From: Clostridiaceae bacterium
Lineage (GTDB): Bacteria; Bacillota; Clostridia; Christensenellales; CAG-917
Reading direction: 5' to 3'
Assembly (NCBI GenBank): GCA_031289315.1
Contig: JAITPR010000048.1
Span: 1,085-65,084 of the forward strand
DNA: 64,000 nt
The notes under the pieces are model-generated. The model was given only the letters and a program-made list of their open reading frames with translations. It had not been told where the DNA came from and did not search any database. This document shows, piece by piece, positions 27,764 through 38,907 of this stretch. A program made the position numbers and the translations under genes. The stretch's first letter is position 1; each line of letters begins with the position of its first letter.

Positions 27764-28594
27764 GTGAGCCTTGCGGATAAAATTTTTATAGAAAACGTCA
27801 CCGATATTTTGGAGAACGGAGTTTGGGATACGGGTTTGCCGGTGCGCCCGCGTTGGGCGGACGGTACTCCCGCGCATACCGTAAAAAAGTTTTGTATTGT
27901 GAACCGCTACGACCTACGGAAGGAATTCCCGATTTTGACGTTGCGTAAAACCAATTTTACGGCGGCGGTGGACGAGCTTCTTTGGATTTGGCAAAAAAAA
28001 TCCAACGATGTGAACAAGCTTAATTCGCATATATGGGACGCGTGGGCGGACGAAAACGGGAGTATAGGCAAGGCGTACGGCTATCAGTTGGGCGTAAAGC
28101 ACAGCTACAAGGAGGGCGAATTTGACCAAGTGGACCGCGTGCTTTTCGACCTTAAAAACAATCCGTCTTCGCGGCGCATACTCACCAACATATACAATTT
28201 TGCCGACCTCAGCGAGATGAAGCTCTATCCGTGCGCGTACTCCATGACGTTCAACGTCAGCGGCAACGTGCTTAACGGTATTTTGAATCAGCGTTCACAG
28301 GACACGCTCACCGCCAACAATTGGAACGTCGTTCAATATGCGGCGTTACTTTTGATGTTTGCGCAGGTGAGCGGACTTGTCGCGGGGGAGCTTGTTCACG
28401 TGATAGCCGACGCGCATATCTACGACCGCCATGTGGACATAGTGACCGAAATGATTAAAAATCCACAGTATGCCGCGCCGAAGCTTACGCTCAATCCGGA
28501 CATAAAGAATTTTTACGCGTTCACCCCGAAGGACTTTGTTTTGACGGATTACCAATTTAATGCTATCGGAAAGAGAATAGAAGTGGCGGTATGA
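27764..28594 (+). CDS. thyA: Thymidylate synthase
   Basis: 276 aa with a GTG start after GGGAGAG. ThyA motifs include ELLWIW, SRRIL, the catalytic LYPCAYS and RSQDT. Confidence 0.93.
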   Translation: MSLADKIFIENVTDILENGVWDTGLPVRPRWADGTPAHTVKKFCIVNRYDLRKEFPILTLRKTNFTAAVDELLWIWQKKSNDVNKLNSHIWDAWADENGSIGKAYGYQLGVKHSYKEGEFDQVDRVLFDLKNNPSSRRILTNIYNFADLSEMKLYPCAYSMTFNVSGNVLNGILNQRSQDTLTANNWNVVQYAALLLMFAQVSGLVAGELVHVIADAHIYDRHVDIVTEMIKNPQYAAPKLTLNPDIKNFYAFTPKDFVLTDYQFNAIGKRIEVAV

Positions 28595-29151
28595 GAATTA
28601 TAGTAGCAGTAGACGAAAAATGGGGAATCGGCAAGGACAACAGGTTGCTGTTCTCAGTAAAAGAAGACATGCGGCATTTTATTGCGCACACTAAGGGAAA
28701 AACCGTGATTATGGGCAGCAATACGCTTTGCTCCATGCCGGGCGGTCTGCCCTTAAAAAACCGTCGCAATATAGTGCTTTCGCGCAAGCTTTCCGATAAG
28801 GACATACAAGCGTTCGCAGCGGAGGGCTATGATTGCACGCTTGCGCGAAGCATATCGGATTTGCCGGGGTTGCTTGCCGCCGATGAAAAAGCGTCCTCCG
28901 ACGGCGTATATGTAATAGGGGGAGCCGCGGTTTATGCGGAGCTTTTGCCGTTTTCAAGCGACGCGGTCGTGACGAAGTTTTTTGCGGACGGCGGCGCGGA
29001 ATTGTTCTTTACCGATTTGGACGTAGCGGAGAGTTGGAAGAGGACGGAAGAAAGTGAGATTTTTGAGGGTGTGGACACCGTTTCCGGAAAGACCGTAAAA
29101 TATCAATTTTGCGTTTATGCGAATACGCATGTCAACAAAATCAGACGGTAG
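28591..29151 (+). CDS. folA: Dihydrofolate reductase
   Basis: 186 aa with N-terminus IIVAVDEKWGIGKDNRLLF and VIGGAAVY. It overlaps the thyA stop by 4 nt, the classic thyA-folA pair. Confidence 0.85.
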   Translation: MRIIVAVDEKWGIGKDNRLLFSVKEDMRHFIAHTKGKTVIMGSNTLCSMPGGLPLKNRRNIVLSRKLSDKDIQAFAAEGYDCTLARSISDLPGLLAADEKASSDGVYVIGGAAVYAELLPFSSDAVVTKFFADGGAELFFTDLDVAESWKRTEESEIFEGVDTVSGKTVKYQFCVYANTHVNKIRR

Positions 29152-29259
29152 AATTATTTTTTTCTTAAGCGTAGCAAATAGAAAGGGAAAGGGTATTACT
29201 TGTGCAATCTCCGCGGAAGGCTCCGTTGTTTGGAAAAGCGTAAGCTACGCGGATGGTGA

Positions 29260-30486
29260 CTAGGCTTTTTCGTCGGGAAAGCGTGAAAATCTGTTGCCAA
29301 CACACCGGATTAACGCGTACACCGTGTAAACCACGCCGAAGACGGATATAGCGGGATAGGTGTAGTCCACAAGGTTCGTGAAGTCTAAAAAGCTTAAAGG
29401 CAGGGCTATCAGTCCCCAAAATACGCCTATAAGCGCGCGCGTTAAGACGGGATTTTTTTCGCGGACGGGAATACCGTCCGGCTTTATTTTTCTGCCGATT
29501 TCTATTTCCGTATCGGTTTCTATGCCGGTACCGCTTTTTATTTCCGTATTGGATTTTATTCTCATGGCGTATCTTATTTCCGTACCGGATTTTATTCCGG
29601 TAGCGCTTTTTATTCTTGCACCGGTAGAGGATTTTATTTTTTTACGCTCCGCGCCGATGCAGAAGATTTTTGTGTAAACCGCGAAATCACGCGTCATTTC
29701 CACGAGCAGGAACAGCGACGAAACCAACGTCGTTAAGATTGCGCCGAATATCAGTATTCCGGCGAAAATTTTAAGTCCGTGTTTAGCGGCTGCGGAGAGT
29801 ACGGGCATAGCCGCGCCCAATAGATTTTCCGTATTAATTACGGTTTGAAGCATGTAGAGCGCCGCCGATAAAATTACCGCGGTTATTATGCCCGCCGTCC
29901 GGATTTCCCGTTTGTTTACCTTGATTTTGGTAAGCACGGAACCGGATAGGAACACGTTTAATGCGCCGTAAGCAAGCGGAGTAAAGACGTTTATACGCCC
30001 CGTGTAGAAGTAAGCCGGACTTTTAAAAAAGATAATTATCACAAAAACAATTATGAGTGGCATAAAAACGAGATTTAAAACCGCTATTTGTTTCAATCCG
30101 AATGCCACCAAAAATATTCCTATCAGCAGGCAGACTATCCCGAACATCGGAAGTCCGAACAGCTCACGCATTGCGGACTCTGCTCCGGCGGTCATTGTTG
30201 CAAGCATGGACAGCGCGGACACAAACACCGCCGCGCCGTGTACGGTCCTTAAAATTTTGAAAAATCCGGTCTTGTCCGTGCCAACCGTCGTAGTCGCTCC
30301 GTCTTTTTTAACCGCATTACCCAGCGTAAGGAAAAGACTGCAAAGTACGCCCAAAACAACTCCGGCGGCAACGCCTACAAGAGGCGAACAATTGCCGAAA
30401 AACAGCGCGATTTCCCGTCCGGACATAAATCCCGCGCCGATTGTGGAACCGATAAAAATAAAAGCCGCGGAGAATGAACGCTTCAA
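29260..30486 (-). CDS. Multi-pass membrane protein (YkvI-like) with an internal repeat insertion
   Basis: 408 aa with a TTG start after GAGAGG. The N-terminus FIFIGSTIGAGFMSGREI resembles YkvI-type transporters, and there are about 10 TM helices. A ~60-aa hydrophilic KSGTEI-type repeat block lies near the C-terminus. Confidence 0.55.
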   Translation of the reverse strand: MKRSFSAAFIFIGSTIGAGFMSGREIALFFGNCSPLVGVAAGVVLGVLCSLFLTLGNAVKKDGATTTVGTDKTGFFKILRTVHGAAVFVSALSMLATMTAGAESAMRELFGLPMFGIVCLLIGIFLVAFGLKQIAVLNLVFMPLIIVFVIIIFFKSPAYFYTGRINVFTPLAYGALNVFLSGSVLTKIKVNKREIRTAGIITAVILSAALYMLQTVINTENLLGAAMPVLSAAAKHGLKIFAGILIFGAILTTLVSSLFLLVEMTRDFAVYTKIFCIGAERKKIKSSTGARIKSATGIKSGTEIRYAMRIKSNTEIKSGTGIETDTEIEIGRKIKPDGIPVREKNPVLTRALIGVFWGLIALPLSFLDFTNLVDYTYPAISVFGVVYTVYALIRCVGNRFSRFPDEKA

Positions 30487-30513
30487 AAGATATGCACCTC
30501 TCTATAGTAATTT

Positions 30514-30583
30514 AGGGTGCGGACAATCCGGGGTGACGACTTGCCTGCCAAGAAGATCTTTTGTCACAGCGGATTGCACCGCG
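30514..30583 (-). repeat. Family A element, copy 10
   Basis: AGGGTGCGGACAATCCGGGGTGACGACTTGCCTGCCAAGAAGATCTTTTGTCACAGCGGATTGCACCGCG. ATTTAGGG occurs at both borders. Confidence 0.8.
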
Positions 30584-30999
30584 ATTTAGGGCGCGTCAAC
30601 ACCCCCAATTCAGTTGCCGTAAACAATAAATTATATTCGTCGGCAGTGCAAAAAATGGCATTTTTACGGTGACAGATTAAAGTTGCGTTTATACGGCGCG
30701 TACGGACTTGCGCCCCCTACGATTTTTCAATCAAACGATTTGAAGAGTTTGCATCTATGCGGCGCGTACGGGCTTGCGCAAAAACGGCACTTTCGGTGTC
30801 GACGGATTAATCTTACATTTATGCGGCGCGTACGGGGACGTTGGCACCGCATCTGCGTTATTTCGGGTTTTGCCGCGCAAATTAACCGCATTTGGTCGCG
30901 CTTTTATGGACATTTGATGGGGTATTCGTGCAAAATCGGGGTTTATATGCTTCGATTAACGCTGTTAGTTGCGCATAATGTCTGTGGAACGCTTTGTAA

Positions 31000-32592
<1,593 letters not shown>

Positions 32593-32630
32593 ACTGCGGC
32601 GCGTCGGGATACGGCGTAACGGTGTAAATT

Positions 32631-34229
32631 TTGATATACGGGAATACCGACGGAATTAAAAGAACTGTGCTTGACGCTTTGGAAAAGCTTCAAACCGCAT
32701 ACGATAGGAGCCTCTTTGTCGACAGAGAGGTTCTTCGTTTTATTGTTGCGTTGACATCGAAGATAAACCGCGAAATATGCGTGTTCATATCACGCGCCGG
32801 CGCGGTTATATCCGTGGGAATAGGTGACAGCTCGTCCGTACCGCTGCAAAATATCGACTTAAAACGCGCCACAAATAAATTTACCGGTGTACGTTGCGTG
32901 CATACTCACCCCAACGGTACGGGGGAGTTGAGCGACCTTGATATAAGCTCACTTAAAAAACTGCGTCTTGACTGTATGTGCGCGGTAGGCGTTTTAAACG
33001 GTGAAAGCCGCGATGTTTCCGTGGCGTATTCCGATGCGAACGAGGTCAAAACCTACCGCTACCGCTCCGTGTCGCGGCTTCCGGACGAGGATTTACTGTC
33101 TAGAATAACCGAATTCGAAGGGCATATCACGACGAAGCCTAAAAAGGAAAAGCTTAAAAAATCCGCCGTATTGGTTTCCGTCGCTCCGTCGGACGTAGGC
33201 GCGGACGCGGCGCTTAAGGAGCTTGCCGGGCTTGCGGATACCGCCGGGTTAGAGATAGTCGGAGAGGTGCTTCAAATACGCAGTAAGCCTGACAAAGCCT
33301 TTTGTGCCGGGCAGGGCAAGGTCGACGAGATAAAGCGTTTGGCGCAGGTAAAGGACGCGGACTACGTAATTTTCAACAACGCGTTGTCGGGCAGTCAGCT
33401 TTCACGATTGGAAGAAACGCTGTGTTTGGACGTACTGGATCGCGCCATGCTCATCTTAGACATCTTTTCACACCATGCGGAAACGCAGGAGGGCAAGCTT
33501 CAGGTGGAGCTTGCGAGGTTGAAATACACGTTACCTAAGCTTATGGGGCAAGGAAAAGCCTTGTCAAGGATAGGCGGCGGCGGGGGAAGCGGCGCGTACA
33601 CTAAGGGCTCCGGCGAAACAAAGCTTGAAACGGATCGCCGTCATATCAGAGCCGCCATATACGAGCTTTCGGAGCGCATAGACAAGCTGAAGACAGAACG
33701 CGATATGCGCCGTTCCCGTCGCGAAAAAAGCGGTATAAAAACCGTGGCGATAGTCGGCTACACAAATGCCGGCAAGTCCACGCTCATGAACGCGTTGTCA
33801 AAGGCGGGCGTAAAAGAGGAAAACAAACTGTTCGCTACGCTTGACCCCGTGACGCGGCGGATATTTGTCGACGTAAATAAAGAGTATTTGCTTACGGATA
33901 CCGTCGGTTTTATAGACAATCTCCCACATGAGCTCATAGACGCTTTCCGGTCGACGCTTGACGAAACGCGTTACGCGGATCTGTTGCTGCATGTGGCGGA
34001 TGCCTCCTCCATCGACGCGGAGCGTCAATTCGACGTGGTACGCAAGGTCTTAGACGAGCTGGGCGTCGGGGATAAGCCGATAATAACCGTGTATAACAAA
34101 ATAGATATGCTGTCACCGAACACGGATTTTATGCCGCAGATTTTGGTAGATAGCACACGTATTTCGGCTAAAACCGGTGAAGGAATTGCCGAACTTAAAC
34201 GGCTCATAGCCGAAAAATTGTTTTTATAA
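32631..34229 (+). CDS. hflX: GTPase HflX with a ~175-aa N-terminal extension
   Basis: 532 aa with a TTG start. The HflX N-domain begins at about aa 178. G motifs GYTNAGKST, DTVGF and NKID are present. The extension contains HTHPNGTGELSDLD. Confidence 0.88.
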   Translation: MIYGNTDGIKRTVLDALEKLQTAYDRSLFVDREVLRFIVALTSKINREICVFISRAGAVISVGIGDSSSVPLQNIDLKRATNKFTGVRCVHTHPNGTGELSDLDISSLKKLRLDCMCAVGVLNGESRDVSVAYSDANEVKTYRYRSVSRLPDEDLLSRITEFEGHITTKPKKEKLKKSAVLVSVAPSDVGADAALKELAGLADTAGLEIVGEVLQIRSKPDKAFCAGQGKVDEIKRLAQVKDADYVIFNNALSGSQLSRLEETLCLDVLDRAMLILDIFSHHAETQEGKLQVELARLKYTLPKLMGQGKALSRIGGGGGSGAYTKGSGETKLETDRRHIRAAIYELSERIDKLKTERDMRRSRREKSGIKTVAIVGYTNAGKSTLMNALSKAGVKEENKLFATLDPVTRRIFVDVNKEYLLTDTVGFIDNLPHELIDAFRSTLDETRYADLLLHVADASSIDAERQFDVVRKVLDELGVGDKPIITVYNKIDMLSPNTDFMPQILVDSTRISAKTGEGIAELKRLIAEKLFL

Positions 34230-34247
34230 ACAAAGGCGGAATAAAAT

Positions 34248-35102
34248 ATGAATTCTAACGACGGTCGCACGAAATACGCGGCATTGATTGATTTTCACGT
34301 ACATTTTTTTCCCGACAAGATTGCCGGTAAGGCGTTGTCCGCGCTTGTGGTAAACGCGCTTCCGCAAGCCTTAGCGGAAAATTTGAATATGACCCCGGCA
34401 ACGGACGGAACGGCTACGGACACGCTTAGGAGAATGGACGATTGGGGAGTTACCAAAGCCGTTACGCTGTCGATTGCCACAAACGAAAGGCAGACGGCAA
34501 ACGTCAATAATTTTGCCGCGGAGTTTCTAAAGGATGAGCGGATTATACCGTTTGCCTCCGTGTTCCCCGGTGCGGAGAACGCGCAAGCCGCGCTTGAGAG
34601 CATCAAGGCGGCGGGCTTCAAGGGCATCAAGCTTCATCCGGAATATCAGGGCTTCGATGTCGCGGACGAGCAAAAAGCCTTTCCGATATACGAATTTTTA
34701 GAAAAAAACGGGCTGATATTGTCGCTTCACGCGGGGCATGACATAGGGTTCCCGTCCAGCTATCTTTCTCCTCCGGAGGGTATTCGCAGGGTCGCCGACA
34801 CCTTTTCCCGGTTAAAAATTGTTGCCGCGCATTTGGGCGGTTGGCGGTCGTGGGAGGAGGTCTTGAAGTATCTTGTCGGTGCCGACGTGTACCTTGATAC
34901 GTCCTGCACGGCAGGGTTCATAGACGAAGACACCGCCGGCAAAATAATAACCCGGCACGGCGCGGAAAAAATTCTGTTCGGCACCGATTGTCCGTGGAGC
35001 TCCGCACCCGCCACCGTCGCCTTATTGGAAAAGCTTAAGTTGCCGCGCTCCGACATGGAACTGATTTACCACAAAAACGCCGAGCGGCTATTGAAGCTGT
35101 AA
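34248..35102 (+). CDS. Amidohydrolase-2 family metal-dependent hydrolase
   Basis: 284 aa. The IDFHVHFFP start (the HxH metal ligands), later LHAGHD and GTDCPW fit a TIM-barrel amidohydrolase (PF04909-like). Confidence 0.65.
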   Translation: MNSNDGRTKYAALIDFHVHFFPDKIAGKALSALVVNALPQALAENLNMTPATDGTATDTLRRMDDWGVTKAVTLSIATNERQTANVNNFAAEFLKDERIIPFASVFPGAENAQAALESIKAAGFKGIKLHPEYQGFDVADEQKAFPIYEFLEKNGLILSLHAGHDIGFPSSYLSPPEGIRRVADTFSRLKIVAAHLGGWRSWEEVLKYLVGADVYLDTSCTAGFIDEDTAGKIITRHGAEKILFGTDCPWSSAPATVALLEKLKLPRSDMELIYHKNAERLLKL

Positions 35103-35287
35103 GCGGAATTTCTTTGAGATAGGTAAGTTTAGCCAACGTTAAAAACGGTTTAACGCGTCGTCGGCATACGGCGATATTTCGGATAATTTGAAATTTTAAC
35201 CGGCGTTAAAACGGTTTACTGCGCCGACTTATATCGGTATTTTTTAGTTAAGAAAAAAATAGGGTGTGTTAACACGCCAGGAAAACC

Positions 35288-36106
35288 TTAAATTACGTCC
35301 TTTATTTTAGTTTGCAATTTATGAGAATGTAAGAGTATGCGTAAAGTATTTTCGGATAGACGTTTGTTTTCGGCGCCGTCGAGGACGATTACAAAGTTGG
35401 TAATGCGCCTATTGCCGACATGCTTTAGGAGGGAAGCAAGGGTTGCGTCGCCGTCTATGTAAACGGTATGTTCCTCCACGCCGTGAGCGTAGTCCTTCGC
35501 TTCGGACGCTATACCGGCGACGGAAAAATAAAGTTCTTTCTTTGTTCCGGAAATTGCGCCGACAAAAAGGAACACCGCCATAATTCCTAACGTAAAATTA
35601 AATCTGACGAACATTGATACTATAAACAGCGCGAATAGGGCAAGGGAAAAAACTATGCCGGCAATTTTCAAGGATTTTAGCGCGCGAATGCGATTTTTTG
35701 AAAGTCCTAGCACAATACGGGAGCCGTCCAACGGAAATGCCGGCAACAAATTAAATAGAAACAACATGAGATTGACGTCGAAAAAAAGCCGCGTGTATGC
35801 ATATGACGACGGAAAAATCCACCACAATGCGGCGGTCATTACGGCGGCAAGCAGACTTGCGACGGGACCGGCAACGGCTATGAGCGTTTCGCTTAATCTG
35901 TCGAGGCGCTCATAGCCGTTTAAAACCGCGCCGTAAGGCATGAGTACCGTTTCTCGCATTCGGTATCCGCGTTCGCGTGCGACGAAGAAATGCGCGGCTT
36001 CATGCCACAATGCCGCTACCGCCGAAAACAGCAAAGCCCAACCGTAACCTAACGGTATCAGTACCGCCGCAAGCGCTAGGTAGAGCGGGTGAATCTTTAA
36101 TTTCAT
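35288..36106 (-). CDS. M50 site-2 protease (SpoIVFB-like)
   Basis: 272 aa. The HEAAH zinc motif lies in a TM helix and the NLLPAFPLDGSR (LDG) motif is present. The neighbourhood with minD, rplU, prp and rpmA mirrors the B. subtilis spoIVF region. Confidence 0.8.
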   Translation of the reverse strand: MKLKIHPLYLALAAVLIPLGYGWALLFSAVAALWHEAAHFFVARERGYRMRETVLMPYGAVLNGYERLDRLSETLIAVAGPVASLLAAVMTAALWWIFPSSYAYTRLFFDVNLMLFLFNLLPAFPLDGSRIVLGLSKNRIRALKSLKIAGIVFSLALFALFIVSMFVRFNFTLGIMAVFLFVGAISGTKKELYFSVAGIASEAKDYAHGVEEHTVYIDGDATLASLLKHVGNRRITNFVIVLDGAENKRLSENTLRILLHSHKLQTKIKDVI

Positions 36107-36360
36107 CCGAATATATTACCGATAAAGGAGCTTATAGTGGCAATTCCGCCGCTTAAACCCGCCGCTTTAACTATATTGTAAATCAAATATCCGAACGATA
36201 CCGCAAGCCCCAAGGCGGTGGGAAGTATGGCGACGTCCAACGGGTCCAGTTTTTCCTTGCGTGTTTTCATAAAGCTGCGTTTGCTTAAACCTACCTCGTT
36301 TACAACATAGTCGTTTTCGCTGGTCACGGAGTCCGCGACCTTGATGTTTTCATAGTTCAT
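36103..36360 (-). CDS. Small membrane protein, translationally coupled to the M50 protease
   Basis: 85 aa with a GAGAGG RBS. The stop overlaps the protease ATG (ATGA). The C-terminal half is hydrophobic and Gly-rich. Confidence 0.45.
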   Translation of the reverse strand: MNYENIKVADSVTSENDYVVNEVGLSKRSFMKTRKEKLDPLDVAILPTALGLAVSFGYLIYNIVKAAGLSGGIATISSFIGNIFG

Positions 36361-36707
36361 AAAGCTTACCTCTCGTTTTTTTACCCGCGCCGCCGTGGAA
36401 TTTGGACTGACGCTTCAAGCTTCGGTGTCAATGTCGGGTAGTCCCTGCCAAATCGCCGTATACATTGCGGGCATAAAAAGATATATGCTCCGACACCGGG
36501 AAATATTCCGCTCCGACAACGCACCGTTCCGGCAACCGGAACCGCACTCCGGTAACTTAAAACACAAGTCCGCGCTTATGGGCGCGCCTACTACGCAAAA
36601 TATTTAGTACTGACACGCCCTAACCGAACCGCCGTTAAAGACATATTTCGCGTACCGCGCGCAAAACACGCTTTTTTTTGCGCGGCGCAACGCTTTATAA
36701 TGACGGC

Positions 36708-37478
36708 ATGGCGGCAAGAAAGATTGTAATAACCTCCGGTAAAGGCGGAGTGGGAAAAACTACCGTGACGGCGGGTTTGGGTTATGCGTTGGCGGCGGCG
36801 GGCTTCGGGGTTATACTCGTCGACGCCGACGTCGGGCTTAACAACCTTGACGTGGCGCTGGGCGTGGAGGACAGGAAGCTGTACGACTTTTCGGATATTT
36901 TGGAGAGCCGTTGCCGTCCCGGACAAGCCTTAATCCGTTGCGGAGAACGCGACCTCTTTGTGCTTTCGTCGGGGGCGGAAACTCCGGCTATGACCGCGCA
37001 AGCCTTTCGCGGAGTTATAGAATCCCTTGCGACCTCCTGCGATTTTATTTTTATAGACTGTCCCGCCGGCATAGAGAACGGCTTTCACCGCGCGGTGTCC
37101 GCCGCAGACGAAGCGGTCGTCGTCACAAACCCCGCCGTATCGGCTATACGCGACGCGGATAAGGTATTGTCGTTGCTTACGGGCTATACGCTTTCCTCCG
37201 TCGGCATAGCGATAAACCGCATAAACGGCGGTAAGGTCTTGAGCGGCGAAATGATGAGCGCTGCCGATATAGCAAGGCTGTTGCGCCGCCCTACCTTGGG
37301 AATTATACCGGAGGACGCGGAAATTCTTTTGGGGAAAACTCCCGCGCATAACGGGCGTTCGGAGGCGGACGAGGCTTTCGGCGCGTTTGCTGACAACATA
37401 GCTTCACGGCGCGCGCGACCGTACGATTACTTATCCGCTCACCGCGGCTTCCGCGGATTTTTCCGCCGCCGCGCGTAG
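36708..37478 (+). CDS. minD: Septum site-determining ATPase MinD
   Basis: From ATG 36708. The deviant Walker A SGKGGVGKTT and DADVGLNNLD are present, with a basic amphipathic C-terminal tail. Confidence 0.9.
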   Translation: MAARKIVITSGKGGVGKTTVTAGLGYALAAAGFGVILVDADVGLNNLDVALGVEDRKLYDFSDILESRCRPGQALIRCGERDLFVLSSGAETPAMTAQAFRGVIESLATSCDFIFIDCPAGIENGFHRAVSAADEAVVVTNPAVSAIRDADKVLSLLTGYTLSSVGIAINRINGGKVLSGEMMSAADIARLLRRPTLGIIPEDAEILLGKTPAHNGRSEADEAFGAFADNIASRRARPYDYLSAHRGFRGFFRRRA

Positions 37479-37725
37479 GGTAAGGGTATCCGCAAAAAAC
37501 CGCAAAAACCGCGCACACACGGCGCGGTATTTAGATGCGGATTCCGGGCTTGCCGTTTCAAAAGAAGCCTTCACGTAAATATGCGCGGCAAGGCGTGGTA
37601 TTAGATACGGTAGCCCGCCGCGCATAGCGTGATATAAAACGGTAGCCGTGTTTTTGTTCGCGCGTGGCGCAGCAGAAAAAAAATTTACGGGGAACCGCCC
37701 ATGATAATGGCGGGAGGGGGCATGT

Positions 37726-37968
37726 ATGGAAAATTACGCGGATAAAAATTTTAAACGTCTGGAAAAGATTTTGCTTTCGGATAAAATCAATATACCCGAA
37801 GGCTTTGCCGAAATCGTAAGGCGCGACATAGAGAGCGTGTTGTCCTCTTACTTTGAGCTTAACCGCGTACGGTTGGAAATAATTCCGTCGGCGGCGGGCG
37901 CGGAAATAACCGTTTCGGCGGACGCGTCACGTATTAAGACGCTTTCCGTAGGCAGCAATCTGGATTGA
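37726..37968 (+). CDS. minE: MinE-like topological specificity factor (tentative)
   Basis: 80 aa with a GGGAGGGGG RBS, located right after minD. Similarity to MinE is weak (LEKILLSD...IVRRDIESVLSSYF), so the call rests mainly on size and position. Confidence 0.45.
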   Translation: MENYADKNFKRLEKILLSDKINIPEGFAEIVRRDIESVLSSYFELNRVRLEIIPSAAGAEITVSADASRIKTLSVGSNLD

Positions 37969-38293
37969 TTTACCAAAGCCGGTATTGACGGGCACGGCAA
38001 CGGAAGGAAAACGGCGATACCATAAGATTGATTTACCAAAGAGCCGTATCGCGCCGTGCGGAGGGCGGCGCTTAGCAAAGAGCCGGATAAAATTCGCGGT
38101 ACGGAAAGGGCATATCGTGCGGCGCATATGCATTTTAATTTGTATGCCGCGTAAAAACTCTGTACCGGCTTAAAAAAGCGCGGCTAGAACTACCCTTATT
38201 GGCTTTGTGCGCAAATTTTAGTGTGAATTTCACCTTATCTGCAAAAATAGGGCTAAAATCGCGGTTAAAATTATTAAAACCGCTGCATTCTGT

Positions 38294-38322
38294 TTGACAG
38301 TCATTCTTAAATATAGTATATT
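38294..38322 (+). promoter_or_regulatory. Sigma-A type promoter for rplU-prp-rpmA
   Basis: TTGACA (38294-38299), a 17-nt spacer and TATATT (38317-38322). Confidence 0.5.
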
Positions 38323-38518
38323 TATCGTGAGCCGCTCGGGAGTGGTTTTTTTAAGTTGACGAATTTGCGTTTTTTTTCGTGAGTTTTGCGGGAGTTTTCC
38401 GCCGTCACACCTATCAAGTGTACTTCAGCAAATCCTATGCTTCACCGTTTACGGGGTTTTTAAGCAAAGAGGCGCGAAAAGTTGCCCGGCGAGATCGGAG
38501 AGAGGAGGTAAAAACTTT
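38323..38518 (+). promoter_or_regulatory. Putative L21 operon leader
   Basis: About 195 nt of untranslated leader between the promoter and rplU. An L21 leader RNA is known in Firmicutes, but I cannot verify the structure by eye. Confidence 0.3.
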
Positions 38519-38827
38519 ATGTACGCAATTGTGGAAACGGGCGGGAAGCAGGTCAAGGTCGAAAAGGACCTGATTGTCAACGTCGAAAAGCTTGCGGTGG
38601 GTATCGGTGAAATAGTCGAGCTCCCCGTGTTGCTTGTGTCCGACAACGCCGGAAATATTAAGACGGGCGAAGCCGTAAGCGGCGCAGTCGTCAAGGCGGA
38701 AGTCGTTAGACAGGATAAAGAGGGCAAGGTCATCGTTTACAAGTACAAGGCTAAGAAGAACGAGCGTCGCCGTCAAGGGCACCGTCAACCGTTCACGGCT
38801 TTAAAGGTTCTTGAAATCATAGGCTAA
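38519..38827 (+). CDS. rplU: 50S ribosomal protein L21
   Basis: 102 aa beginning MYAIVETGGKQVKV. GAGAGGAGG RBS. Confidence 0.95.
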   Translation: MYAIVETGGKQVKVEKDLIVNVEKLAVGIGEIVELPVLLVSDNAGNIKTGEAVSGAVVKAEVVRQDKEGKVIVYKYKAKKNERRRQGHRQPFTALKVLEIIG

Positions 38828-38907
38828 GTTAAATGCGCCGGGAGAGTCTTAGCGGTAAATACGCGGGATAAGCGGATAAAATCCGTACCGGGTTCGGCAA
38901 AGAAGTT

